DNA from: Camelus ferus
Lineage: Eukaryota
Reading direction: 5' to 3'
DNA: 64,000 nucleotides
Assembly: GCF_009834535.1 (NCBI RefSeq)
Contig: NC_045701.1
Coordinates: 32,612,001-32,676,000 of the forward strand
Made by a program: the position numbers and the translations under genes. Of this stretch, positions 1 to 16,190 are shown in pieces (positions within the stretch are counted from its first letter, which is position 1; each line of letters starts with the position of its first letter). Below the pieces are notes generated by a model. The model ran no database searches and was not told where the DNA came from. It saw only the letters and a program-made list of their open reading frames with translations.

Positions 1-1194
1 CCTCATCCTACATCAAGACAAACCCAGAGTCCACAGTGGCTCTGCTGGCTGGCTGGGAGAGCAATGACCTCATGGTCACTGTTCTAGAAAGATCCAGAAC
101 CCCTTAGCTCTGCAGCCCCCTGTGTCCTCTCTGTGGGGAGGTGGGAGAAGGGGCTGGTGGGAAACAGAGTCTGTCCTCCTCGTGCTCAGGAGGGTTTTCT
201 GGAGGAGACAGGCTGACAGGGAGGAGGCTTGGCAGGAGAGGACCCAGAACAGAAAATAAGGGCCATCCAACAAGAAAGAATTTGAGAAAACACCTCACAC
301 TACAGTCTCCTTTTACAAATGGGCAACAGGCTTGGCAAGGCAAAGCAGGTGCGAAGACCACACAAGGCAGTCAGATACAGAAAGGGTAGAAAGCGCTAAC
401 GTTTGCTGCACAGCTACTTTGTTCCAGCCCTGCTGCCAGTCTAATCTGACTTCTCATCGGAACTTCCCAACCATCCTACATGGAATATCATCTCATATTA
501 CAGATAAGGACACCAAAGCTCAAAGGTGCAGAGAATTTGTCTAAGGGGACATGTCTAAGAAGTGATCAGGCTAGACTCCAGCCCGGGTCTGGCTGGCCCA
601 GAAACCCTGCATACTGCCCAGCCCACCACCTCCAAGAGCGGGGACCGGAACTCAGGTCTCCTGGTGCCCTGTGCCAGGCTGCTCCAGCTCTGCAGGCATC
701 GCGGGGTTGCACAACTCAGGGGGTACCGTTCACAGAGATGATTAAGAGGGAGTGGTCTGGCCAGAGACCAGAGGAAGAATGTAGGCTAGGGGAGGGCCAG
801 CTGACCCAGGGAGAGGGGAAGAGGTGGGGGGAGGGCGCAGGAGGGGCATGCCAGGCTGCCCGGGCCCTGAGTGTTAAGGTGGGAAGGGGATGAGGGAACC
901 GTTAGAGAAGAGATGGTACAGGGGGTCTAATTTTTGCAGAAATGTGTATTGCGGAAAGGAGACTCCAAGTTATGTCATCAGTGATTGTTTCTTAGGGCCG
1001 CGCTGGGTTATAGAAGCTGTTTTCTCCCTTAAACCTATTTAACCCTGATTGTTTTCTATGCTGTAGCTGTAACTCATGGTGAGCAATGGAACAGACATGA
1101 GAGGAACTTGGTGAACGTGAGACTACGTGTCAAAAAGAGAAGGAGTCAGGAGCTGGGTTTGCTCTGCTGCTGACTTAATGCTCTGTGCATGAGA

Positions 1195-1320
1195 GAAAGT
1201 CCCAAACCCAGCTGATCTGCAGCATCACCAGGGGAACTTTCAAAAATACAGATTCCTGGAATCTCTTCCCAGAATGTATGATGTGTCAGGTCTGGGGTAG
1301 GATGCAGAAATTTCCTTAAA
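1195..1320. mobile_element. MER5-like DNA transposon remnant in TGM1 intron 9
   Basis: Sequence 'gcagcatcaccaggggaactttcaaaaatacagattcctgga' resembles recalled MER5A consensus; boundaries approximate. Confidence 0.4.
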
Positions 1321-1759
1321 ACAACACAAAACAGAAACCTCCTGAGAGAAAATGGGGAACTTTTATATTTTACGTTATACAATTCTATACAATTAGTCAA
1401 TTAATTTTTTTTCCTTTTAAGCAGGTCTTCTAATAATGACTTAAAAAAATATATATATGTATCCTTCATTAATTATCTCCAGGACACGCAAATAAAAAAG
1501 TAAGCAGGAATAGTGTATTTCTAGAAGGAGGGAAACCTCTCACTGAATTTTCTTGAATCTTTGGATTTTTCAACCATCTAAGTATTGTAACCATTACAAA
1601 TAAATAAAATTTAGGCAAAGAATTCTGCAGAAAAGTGAAAGTAATTGAAGGGCCACATGGTGATTGCCCCATCCAGGACACTGGGGTTTGTTACGAAGGC
1701 TGGGGAGAGGGGGAGGGGCCCCGACTGGGGTCCAGGAGCCAAGCAGGGCCCCGTCTCAC

Positions 1760-5692
<3,933 letters not shown>

Positions 5693-6401
5693 TGTGCCTG
5701 GAAAGCGCAGGGAGGGTCTCATCACCTGTTCAGACCTCCTTTACCTAGGATGCACCAGTCAGCTAACTCAGAAACTCTCCATCCAGAGAGCTGATTCAGT
5801 CCCAGCCTGATGACCGCGATGATATGATCTTGACCCTGAGAGTCCCTCAGATCTATCCAGACACCTTTCCCAAAGACTCCTCTCAGACTCACCTGAGAAA
5901 CTTCCACATTATAGAGAAGAGTCTTCCCCGCTTACCATCACTTCCACCAAACCAGATGCCCAATCAAGAAACCTGTTCAAGGACCCATCCCAGGAAACGA
6001 ATGGACGCTCGTCACAGCCTCAAGATCTAGTAGCACAGATCATCCCGGGCCTGCTCCCTCCACCTGCTGGCTCCTCCATCTAGAGGTCCAGAGCCAGCCA
6101 CATCAAGGACCCATTTCTTAGCAGAGATCTCCCAACCAAGGCTCCTTGCAGAAGACAGGTGAGTAACATTGGTGACTTGGAGTCCTGGCATTCCCCACGT
6201 CGGGTCAAAGACCCAAGAGGAGCTGAGAGGAGGGGCGGGGTGCGGAGGTGCCAGGAGCCGGGCTTCAGGCCGTGGAGTCTCAGCGTTGGGGGCAGCCTCT
6301 CGGGCTGACAGACTAGAGCTGGCCCGCACCCCACCTTGCTGGGGCTGGGCCTCGGCGCGCGCGAGGCCCCCAGACCGCACCGCCCGGGCTCAGCACCTCA
6401 C

Positions 6402-6500
6402 CTGATAGAGGTGTTGGCGACGGCATCTCTGAGTCCCGCGGCCGGGGTGGAACAGGTCGGGACTGATGGGAATGGGACAGACACCGCCGCAAGAGTGGAA
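6402..6500 (-). other. TGM1: TGM1 non-coding exon 1
   Basis: Donor CAG|GTGAGG at 6402/6401. It lies just downstream of the CATAAA element. The exon 2 acceptor is tttccag|gcacaATG at 5698/5697. The TSS position is approximate. Confidence 0.75.
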
Positions 6501-6518
6501 GGTGTGGGGCGGGCCAGT

Positions 6519-6530
6519 AACTGGTTTATG
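6519..6530 (-). promoter_or_regulatory. TGM1 core promoter: TATA-like CATAAA overlapping a GRHL-type site (AAACCAGTT)
   Basis: Minus strand reads CATAAACCAGTT, about 25-30 nt upstream of the inferred TSS. GC boxes (ggggcggg) flank it. Confidence 0.65.
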
Positions 6531-7042
6531 AGGGGTAGGGCGGGGCCAAGCTGCTGGTAAGAAGGGGGAAGCGAGGTTGCTCCATCTCCCTCTGAGGGAG
6601 GAGGCCCAACCTCTGGGGGCAGTGTCTAGAGGTAGGGGCGGGAAATGAGGCTGGGCTGCACCCCTCTTTCCCCTTTCGAGGAATGAGGAACCGATTGGAG
6701 GCGGGGTGGGGCCTGGGCTCCGGAGAGGGCGGGGTCAGGGTCGGGGGTCTGTCACAGCTGAAGCTGGAAGGCCTGAGGGACCCCAAACCATGCTGATCCC
6801 TCCCAGACTGGCCTGGGTGGAGAAGCTCCGAGGACAATGGGGCAGGCTGCCCCATCCGCCCACACCCCTATCCAGCAGACCCTCTGTTCCCAAGTTCAGG
6901 CTGCTTGCTTCTGTCTCATTGGCCCCGGTTGCCAGGCTCTGGTGCAGCCCAGGCCAGGTTCAGCCCTGTGAAACTGCCCATGGGCCTGGTTCTGGGACTT
7001 GTCCTGCCGAGGGAGGTCCTGGGAACCCAAGCTACAGACTGG

Positions 7043-7050
7043 TGACATCA
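7043..7050. promoter_or_regulatory. CRE-like element TGACATCA/TGATGTCA about 0.55 kb upstream of TGM1
   Basis: Motif seen directly. Its position agrees with my recollection of a CRE-like site in mammalian TGM1 promoters. Confidence 0.5.
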
Positions 7051-8025
7051 GCAGCCAGGCCCTCAGACTGGCTCCACCAGCCAGCCCCTGGCCTGCCGGC
7101 TCTTCCAGATCCTCCTACCCCACCACCCAGCTGTCCCTCATTCCTCTAGCTACTCCACAGTTCCCTGCATGAGTGAGCTGGCCCCCTGCTTCCTGTATCC
7201 CTCCAAGTTTGGGATTGGCCCGGGTGTGTGTGGGCAGGGATCAGAGTAGGAACAATCTCGTTTCCTACCTCCCACCTATGCTCTAATGCTCAGGTGGGAA
7301 CTAAGACCACCTCCCCAGGCTGTAGAGTACCCGCTTCTCCGAGAGTCAGCTGGACTGCAGAGTTCTCCAACCTGCAATTCTTCCTGGGAATCCTGACCAA
7401 TTGGCTCAGGGCACCAGCCCCGACTCCACCCTGACACTGGGAGAAACACTGGGGAGGCCATCAAGAGAACCCCAAGGCAGAGGAGGTCAGGCATCTTCAG
7501 GAAGGCTGGGACCCTGTTCTTGGTGACTCTTCTCTCCATCCCACTGTTGTCCCAGCTCTGCCCATCAGCCACTGAAGAGAAGACAGTGAAAACAGGGTTG
7601 GCAAGAGGACACAAGGAAGCTGACTGGAAGAGAGGCTGAGTTTGGTGATGCATCCAGCAGGAAGGTGCCTTGGGGAGTGGGGACAGAGGCTCCAGGACCT
7701 GGTAGGGAGCCCTCCACACCCTTGCTGACCCTTTCCAGTCCAGGTCTAAGCCCCAGACCCTTCCCCTACCTCCAACACACTCAGAAGATGCACTAGCGGA
7801 AATCAAAATCCCAGGCAGGTATGAGGCAGGTCAGCCAAAGGGTTTCATCTAGGGACTGTTTGTGTATCACTATGGATACAGGAAGGGGCAGGGCCCTGAG
7901 AGTCTGTATGTGTGTGAGCACACGTGGGCCCAGGCAGATTCTGAAGAAAGCAGGAAAATGCCTTGTCACACTCTCTCCCTCTTGTCTCCATCAGTCTTTC
8001 AAATTTACCCCTACCCAGCCAGGTT

Positions 8026-8032
8026 TGACTCA
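8026..8032. promoter_or_regulatory. AP-1 site TGACTCA about 1.5 kb upstream of TGM1
   Basis: Perfect AP-1 heptamer. The distance matches the distal AP-1 site described for human TGM1 (recalled). Confidence 0.55.
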
Positions 8033-8118
8033 GTGCTCTCACCCCTTCACCCCTGAGCCACTCCCTTTTCCTCCCTCCAGGAGGCTTAAGTGCCTCAGGA
8101 CTTTCCAAGAAGGACAAG

Positions 8119-8120
<2 letters not shown>

Positions 8121-8162
<42 letters not shown>
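8121..8162. repeat. (GT)21 microsatellite
   Basis: Perfect dinucleotide run seen directly. Confidence 0.97.
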
Positions 8163-8164
<2 letters not shown>

Positions 8165-8837
8165 GTCCCAGAAGCAAGAACGTGAGTCTGGAATCCCAGA
8201 CTAAGGTGCAGAGACAGCTTTGGCCCCAGCACTCACGTCCAGCAACCTTGGGCGCGTCTCCACAGCCATTTCCTCATCAGTACAATGGATCTAGTCATCT
8301 CAGCCCGGAAAGCTTGTGAGGATCAAGTGGGATTAAGTATTTTCAAGGGTTCTTTCACCAGAGGAGGCGATTCACGGGGGACTAATAGTGTTGTTATAAG
8401 AGGGCGGAGTCAGGGCGCCCTGGCCCACTCCTCCTGGGAACAGCCTTCTCAGCTGTGGGGAAGGAGAGCCAGGGCAGAGAGGGCATCTGGAAGGGGTAGG
8501 GGTCACGGGAGAGACCTTTATGAGCCCTTCCAGTTGGACACGTTTATAGCTGCTCTGTAGCCCAGCTCCAACCAGAACCTGAACCCAACCTGATTCCAGC
8601 CTGAAACCTAGACTCAGCCAGCCCCAAACCAGAAGGTAGTCCCAAATCCAGTCCTTGTCCGGATTCTGCCCCAGACACTGAGGCTTTGGTTCTCCATGAT
8701 AGGGAACAGCAGGATTAAGCATAAAATGAAAGTAGAGGGGGTCCAACACACCCTAACTCTCTCCCTTTCTTTTCCAGGTGGCAGTAGTAACAGTGGTGGC
8801 GGGAGCAGCTTAGCAGCCTTTGGGGGCCACTTCGTTG

Positions 8838-8843
8838 TTTATT
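8838..8843 (-). terminator. RABGGTA polyadenylation signal AATAAA
   Basis: TTTATT on the + strand, about 43 nt beyond the stop codon. Confidence 0.8.
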
Positions 8844-8885
8844 CAGTTCCAATAAGTTAAAGGGCAAGGGTAGGGGCAGGGTGTC

Positions 8886-11800
8886 TTAGGTGAGGATGCT
8901 GCTAACTGAAGGCAGCAGCTCGGCCAGCTGCTCCGAGATGCCCGCTGCTTGGCACAGGGGGTTGCCCTGCAGGTTGAGGAGGACCAGCTTGGGGCAGGAG
9001 GCAAGAGGCTGGAGCACGGCAGGCTGCGGGAGGCCTTGGGCAGGAGTCAAGGAAAGCTCAGCGGGATCCCCCAGACCTGTCTGCTCCTGTACACCCATCA
9101 CTGTTTTCCCTCAAGAACGGGGACTGGTGCCCGGCAGCCTGGTTGATGGGCACCTTGTCTGCTTCTCCGGAAGGTGTAAGGCTCTAGTCTGCAAACACTT
9201 GCCGCCGGGGCACCAGGCAGGAAGCACAGGAGGCCTGCTGGATGCAGTACCAGAAGGAGTAATGGAGACTCTGGTCAAGGGGGAAGCTAGCCTTGGCTGC
9301 AGAGGCACCCATGACTCAACGGCCAAGGGTTGCCAAGTGGAAATTAGACCAAAGGGTGCTTTAACTTTCAGTTTTTAATAAGAATCAGAATTCTAAATTT
9401 TTTTAAAATATGAAACTTCCCGATTTAAAAAAACACGATGTGGTACTCAAGAACATCTGCAGGCTGCCGGTTTGTGAACTCTGGTTGAGGAAGTCATTTA
9501 CTTCCATCCTGCAAAACTCTCCTAGCCCAAGTCAACGCTAGCCCCATATAGCCCCAGGCTCTCCTCTCTCGTCAGTTTAGCCAGCCAGAGCCCCCTCCCC
9601 CGCCGAGGAGCACACCCACCCTGCTGGCTGCCTGTCCCTTCCTGGTGTGGCACCTCGCTCTACCTGCTGTCTGAAAGGCCCCCAAAAGGAAGGATACGGT
9701 TATTGCACAAAAAGAGCTCCTGCAGCCGGGGCAGGTTAGTGACACCATCCAGGGACTCGATAGCGTTATCATTGGCCTGCAGCACCTGGGGATCAGGAAG
9801 GGTAGGGAAGACAGGACAGGGCATGCAGCTTGGAATTGGTACAAGCAACTGGGGAACCCAGCATGATCAGCTTACAGTGCATGGAAGGGCTCCTGGGGTC
9901 AGGTGGGATGACAGAGGACAGGAAGGCAGGGGTCATCTGTTGGGGCTGAAAGGACCCAGACATCTCTTTGTAGGGTGAGTAGACTGCTGAGGTGAAGGAA
10001 GGGGAAAGGACCCCCCAGGGCACTGACAGAGGAGTGAGTGCGTTACCTCGAGGCAGCGCAGGGCTGCCAGGGCAGGGGGCAGGGCTCGGAGACGATTGTG
10101 CGACAGGTCGAGGTGAGTGACCAAGAGCAGCTGTTCCAGATGGCAGAGCATCGTCAGATCCTGAGGAGGCAGGAGGAGATACCCAGTGAGCCCTGGGAGA
10201 AAGTCCTCAGGCACTGCTTATCAGGCACTTGCCTGGCGTGCCCCACACAGGCCCTAGGGGACCCCAGCTGAGGAGAGGACGGAGCAGGTGGGAAGCTTAC
10301 CTGACAACCCATGGCAGTACATGCTCTGAGGGATGTGAGTGCTGGGGCTGGGGTGGCCCGTGGAGTGGAGGGAGTGGGGCAGGTACAGGGGATAAAGGAG
10401 GGCGCTGGGATAAACACAGACATGGGCAGGAGTGGGCCTGGTGAATCTGAGGGATCGGTTTGGTAGGAATAAAGGTGGGCAGCAGGGACATGATAAAACT
10501 AATGTGTTGGGAAGATTGATTGGGGAAGATTGATTCAAAAATCTCTGGAAAACTATTCAGGCTTTAGATGATGCGGCCAGCTCCAGGGAGAGAAGCAAGG
10601 GAATGAGTGGAGGAAGAAATGTTCAGCGGGGCACCTGAGACTGAAGGCAAAGCTGAGGACATGATGCGACCCTCGGCTGAAGCCCAGGGAGCAGATAGAA
10701 AGGCCACCCAGATCAAAAGAAAGAGGGAGGGTAAGCCAGTGGGGTGAGGGAAGGTGCATGCGCAGTCCCTACCTTGTGACCCAGGTGCAGCACGCGCACC
10801 TCCGCATACTCCATCTTGAGCACACTGTTCTCCAGCAGGAACTTGCTGCGCAGGTCATCCAAGTACGCTGCCCGCATTGGGTCCACAGCCTGGCAGGGAT
10901 TGGGCAGACAGGGAATGTGTGTCAGCTGCCCTCCGGGCCTCCCCCTTGCTGGCTCCCCCAGACCCTACTTGCCTTGAGGGTCTGGAAGTACTGCAGTGTC
11001 TCCTTCTCATACAGCAGGGGGTCCAGCGCCCGCATCAGCAAGATGATGGTGAGCAGGCACCCTGAGGAGAGAGCGAGAAAAGGATGGACTCTCTTGGATC
11101 TTTTTCTGCTCCCATCCTCTGGAGACCCTTTCTGATCTCCCCAAGGGGACCTCCTAGGAAGGGGCCTCCTGAGAAAAGCAGGAGCTAGGGGACGGGCCTC
11201 ACATTTATTCTCAGGCTCCAGCTCCTGCAGCTCCTTACAGGATTCAAGCTCGGACTGTAGCACTGTGGACTTCTCCACCGACAGTTCACACCTGGGGGGG
11301 GGGCGGGGTGGGGGAGGGGATGATGCCCACAGTCCTAGGGTACTGGTCATCCCCAGTATCCAGTCTCAGACCACCTGCTCAAGCCCCCAGCCTCCCACCC
11401 CAGATGCCTGATGCCCAGAGTCCAGAGTCCCTCCCCCTGTCTGTAGGCTTCCATGTCACTGTCACCTGAAGAGCTGTTCATCTGTGGCCGAGTCCCGGCA
11501 CCAGCACTCTTGGCGGCCTGAGAGAAAGAGTAGATGGTAGGAGGGGATGCCCATGAGAAGAACAGAGGGATGGGGGGCTGCTGCAAGGGGTGGAGGACGC
11601 AGGCTGTGTCACCTTTTAAGAGCACACACTCCTTCTGGGCATTGCCTGCTGTCCAAATGACACGAAATGTGTGTTGGGGCAACTGGTCATTGAGGGAGGC
11701 AGCGGGCAGGTCACAGAGCTGGAAGCATACGGTCAAGGAAATACCTGGCCTGCACCACTTTTCTGACTCCCCACCTCAGCCCTGCCCCAGCCCCCACTTT

Positions 11801-14163
11801 GCCCCACCAATCCTGGGATACCCAGACATGGCTAGGCTGGTTCCTGCCATCTGGGGTCCTCCATTCTACAGCCAGGGGTGACTCATCAACCATGAGCAGC
11901 AAGGTGTCTGTCCTGGAGCCCACCTGACAAAAGGGACAAAGGGAGACCCGTCACTCCAACAGCTCTGGGCCCACAGTCCATGATGCTCTCCAGCAAAAGC
12001 TGCAGGACTCACTAGGAGGGGCCGAGAGAAGGAGACAGTCAGACAGGCCTCGTCCCGGCTCACGTGCAGGCAGCGCAGGGCATCCTGGGGATCAGCTGGG
12101 GGGAGACACAGCCTCAGGTCTCCTTAAACAGTCTTCCATTCCTTCCAAGTCCTAATCACCCAGCCTCTTCCCCCAGTGCTCACCTCGTCCCAGGAGCCAG
12201 CGATGGTAGAACCAGGCACTCTGATCATTAGGGTCAGTGAAGAAGGCATTCTGCACCAGCTCCAGCTCTGCAGGGGACAAGGAGGCATGTGGCTGTGGTT
12301 AGGACCCTAGTGGGCTCCTGGCTGCCCCAACATCCCACCCTCTCCTCTGAGCACCTCCAGCCTTCAGTTTCACTTATGTACTGGCCTTGCACAGGGGCTG
12401 CATGTGTTAGTCTTATCTTCCCCATTGGACACTTGAGCTCTCCGCAGCCAGGGGCTGGATCTTATGCACCCTCAGAGCCAAGTATGTACTTGATAAACCC
12501 AAGTAGCAGATTCAGGAACAGGGCTAGGCATCAAGGCTGCAGAGCCCTCCCCAGCACCCCCTGGCCCTGTTTACCTTTGAGCAGCACATCCTCAGGGAGG
12601 CGCCCCTGGGGTCCAGAGTCTGGCTGGGGGTGCAGCTGGGGCAAGAGGCAGGAGCGGTAATGCCAGGAGGAGTAGTTGGAGAAGTTTCGGGTGATGAGGC
12701 TGTCAGTGAAGGCGAGCTCCTCTGCAGGGGGCACAGCTGCCTGTGCAGCTACAAATCGCCGGTAGTCCCAGCAGTGGACTAGGAGGGTGGGGAACACCAC
12801 ATTTCAGAAGCAGGGCAAGAGCTCCCTAGCTAGTACCCCTGGAGTTCCCTTGGAGATCCCAAGAAACACCTCTGTGCACTCCATGGAGGATGCATTTGGC
12901 TCCACCATCCCTTCTGCCATCAGCTCAGTGGGCTGGTCCTAGCCATCCCGCCCCACTCTGGGCCCTACTGACACCCTGTACCAGGGTGTGGGGCAGGTGA
13001 GCGTCGTAGGGACAAAATCTGCAGGCACGTACAGTTCCGTTCATCAACCTCGAGGAAGCGGGCACATAGCTCCAGCTCCCGGGTCCAGTTGGGTTCTGGC
13101 AGACGGCCCAGCAGCCAGCAGCGGTGGTGCCAAGTGCCGTAAGACTTGGGGTTCACCCTCAGACAGCTCTCCAGGAAGCCCAGTTCTGCCTTCACCAGAG
13201 CAGCCAACTCCTCGGGAGACCTGCACCCAGAGGGGAACGGGGGTCAGGGCCCTCCAACACCCAATCTCAGCTCACCCTGACTTTCTGCACCCAGCCCTCC
13301 ACTATCTTCTGCCTATGCCCCTGGTTGCCTCATTCTTCCTCTACCCCTGGACCGAGGTAGGGCAGGGCCAGGGCCATCTTCCCTGGGCCCCTGAACCCCT
13401 ACACACTTCTGGGCCTCCAGCCGCTGGAGCACCTCTCGTCGACAGTTCCAGAGGGTAGCAAAGTCAGGGTTGGCTCCCAGAATCTGGCTTGTCAGTTCCA
13501 GCACTGACTCATCCAGCTCTCCAGCCTGGCGCTGAGAAGACAGATAGCAGGGTCAAAGACGGTATCATTCTCCCACTACAGGGATAAGTAAATCTGTGAA
13601 TGCCATATTATAAAATAGATACTATACAAAGCACTTTACAGGTTTACATGTATTCTCACAATAGCCCTATACAGTAAGTGCAATTATTAGTCCCATTTTA
13701 CAGATGGGCAAACTGAGGCCCAAAGAGATTCAGTAATTTGCCCAAGGACATGCAGCTAGTAAATAATAGAACCCAGATACATATCCATACAGTCTGACTA
13801 TAGTGCCCAGCTCTTGGCCTCAGTGCTACACTAAGGGGCCCACTGCAGGAAGGGGCTACCTCTGAGGGCCCCACCTTCCGGAAGACAGTCTGGGTGGCTG
13901 ACTGGTATAGCTTCAGCTTCTGTTCCCGCTCTAGCCTCTTGGCTTCCGCTTGCTCTTCCGATGTCTTCACCTTCAGGCGTCCGTGCTACAGGGATGGGCG
14001 GGTTGGAAGAGTGCAGGCTGCTTTGAAGGGGCAGACACACCGAACCCCGACTGAGGAGCCCCAGGTTGACATCGGGCAATGAAGGCAAAGCCACGCGGGG
14101 AAAGAGCAAGGACATGAGCATGGGCATGCGGAGGTGAGGGGCTAGGTTCAGGGTTCTCACCAT
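8886..14163 (-). CDS. RABGGTA: Rab geranylgeranyltransferase alpha subunit, 567 aa, 16 coding exons
   Basis: Exons: 14163-14161 (ATG only), 13985-13875, 13531-13407, 13220-13033, 12778-12575, 12267-12184, 12095-12013, 11923-11822, 11718-11613, 11517-11466, 11291-11203, 11061-10973, 10889-10773, 10160-10047, 9785-9698, 9034-8886. Sum is 1704 nt. Protein starts [19 protein letters not shown] and has PFTA repeats, an Ig-like domain and LRRs. One intron is GC-AG. Confidence 0.98.
13620..13810. mobile_element. MIR SINE remnant in RABGGTA intron 2
   Basis: Core 'cccattttacagatgggcaaactgaggcccaaagag...tgcccaagg' matches the MIR core. Confidence 0.75.
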
Positions 14164-14199
14164 GGTGCTGGCTCAGGTTCAGGGCAGGGGAGGGGTCCA

Positions 14200-14800
14200 G
14201 TGGCGCCCGTGAAACCCGGAGAAAGAAGTGTCAATCATGGGAGCCCCGCCTCTGGTAGCACCGCCCGCAGCTGTTCCCAGGAAGCCGCAAGCGAGCTAGG
14301 GCGGAGACCCCTGGGGTGTTAAGGGGTCCTGGGATAGGCACTGCACGTCCAGAAGGCACCCACCCGGACTGGGAACTTGCACCCGTGCAGGCCCGCCCAC
14401 AGCCCGTTCCGCCGGGGCCAGACCCGAGCCGGGGCACTTAGGTGACGGGGACCACTCGCCGCCCAGGGGCTGCCGCTGCCCTCCCGCCCCGCGGCTCCCA
14501 AGCACTGCCGCCCCCCGCGGGCGGACCCACCTGTGCTGGGAGGAGGCGTGCGGGACGCGAAGCTGCAGCGCCCACCACCGAGCCCGGGCGCTGACTAGAG
14601 CGGCGTCACGCCCTGGCTCTCCGAGACTCAGCGCCCTCTGCAGGCCTAGGGAAAGGCCCACGGCGGAGCCGGTGGGCTCCGGAGGCGCGTGCGCGGGATC
14701 TCTGCGCGCGCCGTCCGGAAACGCCAAGTCCCTGTTAGCTCTCCGGTGCGGTGCGTAAGAGTGCGCACGCGCGACTATGGTGCTCCAGGAAAGCAACGCG
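14200..14800 (-). promoter_or_regulatory. RABGGTA CpG island, promoter and non-coding first exon (donor at 14531/14530)
   Basis: CpG-dense stretch with NRF1-like GCGCGTGCGC and ETS CCGGAA motifs. Strong minus-strand donor CAG|GTGGGT. Confidence 0.7.
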
Positions 14801-15049
14801 GACTGAAATTCCAGTCAGCTACTCAAACTGCGATTCAGTTGAAAAGTTTTCTCCAGCAGCCAGAAACCCACGCCCTCACCGCTACAGTGACCTCACTGTG
14901 GCCGCAGTGGCCACCTCTCAGTTGCCAAATGTAACGGATGGAATTTCCTGTCCTTATCTTCATTGACCTCTGCAGCATTTGATGCAGCTGACTTCCCTTG
15001 ACTTGATACCCTGTCCTGGCTTCTCCTCCCGCACCTTTGCCCCTCTCTT

Positions 15050-16190
15050 CTTGTCTGTTCACCTTCTCCTCCCCTAAATGTTGGTGATCACCAGCGTCCT
15101 TTCCTCACTTTTTCCCACTGCACACATTGCTCCTGGAGAATGTTCACATATCCAGGTGTTCAACTGCTTGGCGTAGGAGCTCCCAGAACTCTGTCCTGGG
15201 CTCACCGACCTTCCGGCCCACACTTTCTCTCGGTGACTTCATCCACACTCATGGTTTTAATTGCTGCCTCTAATCTGATGACACTCAAACTTGTATCTCC
15301 AGCCCAGATGTCTTGCAGACTTTAATAATGGAAAAAAATGTATACACACACGTTCACAAGCCTAATAGGTATCACCTGGGTGCCCCAGAGACACCTCAGA
15401 CTCTAAAAGTCAAAAGGTATCATTGTCTTGCCTCCTCCCAGTCTAAGCTTTAGGCTTTTATGCTTCCTATTTGAATGGGTGGCCTCCCCACTTTTCCTTA
15501 ATAGCTCTTAAATACCCTCTCCATTCCCACTGCACTAAGAATTTCAATTTATTCCCGTGATTGTTGAAAGTCTTTTCAATGTTCCCGTCTCCAACTTGTC
15601 TCCTCTTTCATCGGTTCATGTCTCTGCTGCTAAATCAATCTTTCTGAAATGCAGATTTGATGATATATCTCTGCCAAAAACCCTTGCGTAGTTCCCGACA
15701 GCTTTTTAGGTAAGACTTTTAATCTTTCAGGTTAGCCCATCAGGACTTTTGGCACATGGGCCCTGCCTACCCCTCTGGCCTCTTGTCCTGCCTGTCCCCA
15801 TTAAAAACTCTTCATTACAACTGGTACAGCATTCGCAGTTTCCCGAGCATGTTAACCTGTTCTCTCTTCTTTACTCTCCTTCCTCCACACTCTCTCCTTT
15901 GCCAGAGTAACTCCTGTTCATCTTTAAAATTTAACTCCAGTGTCACCTCCAGGAAGCTCTCCCAAATGCCTCAGTCTGATTTAAAAGACCTTCGTATGTG
16001 CTGTCAATGATAAAACATCTTCCCCTGTGCCTACTGTAAGTCTTGGTTTGTATGCCAGCATCTCCTAGGAGAGTCGAAGTTCCTGGAGGACAGGAACTTT
16101 AAAAAATTCTTTTTGGTGCTGCTTCTCCAATACCTGGCCCTGGTTCTTAGTAGTTATTGGGTAGTTATTTAAATGAATGAATAAAACACC
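15050..16190 (+). mobile_element. L2 LINE 3' region remnant
   Basis: 'catccacactcatggtttt...tgatgacactcaaacttgtatctccagcccagat' and the terminal 'aatgaatgaataaaa' resemble L2 consensus. Confidence 0.7.

Noticed and set aside
11294-11318. G-quadruplex-like G run at a RABGGTA acceptor
   Set aside because: It is the complement of a C-rich polypyrimidine tract and needs no further explanation.
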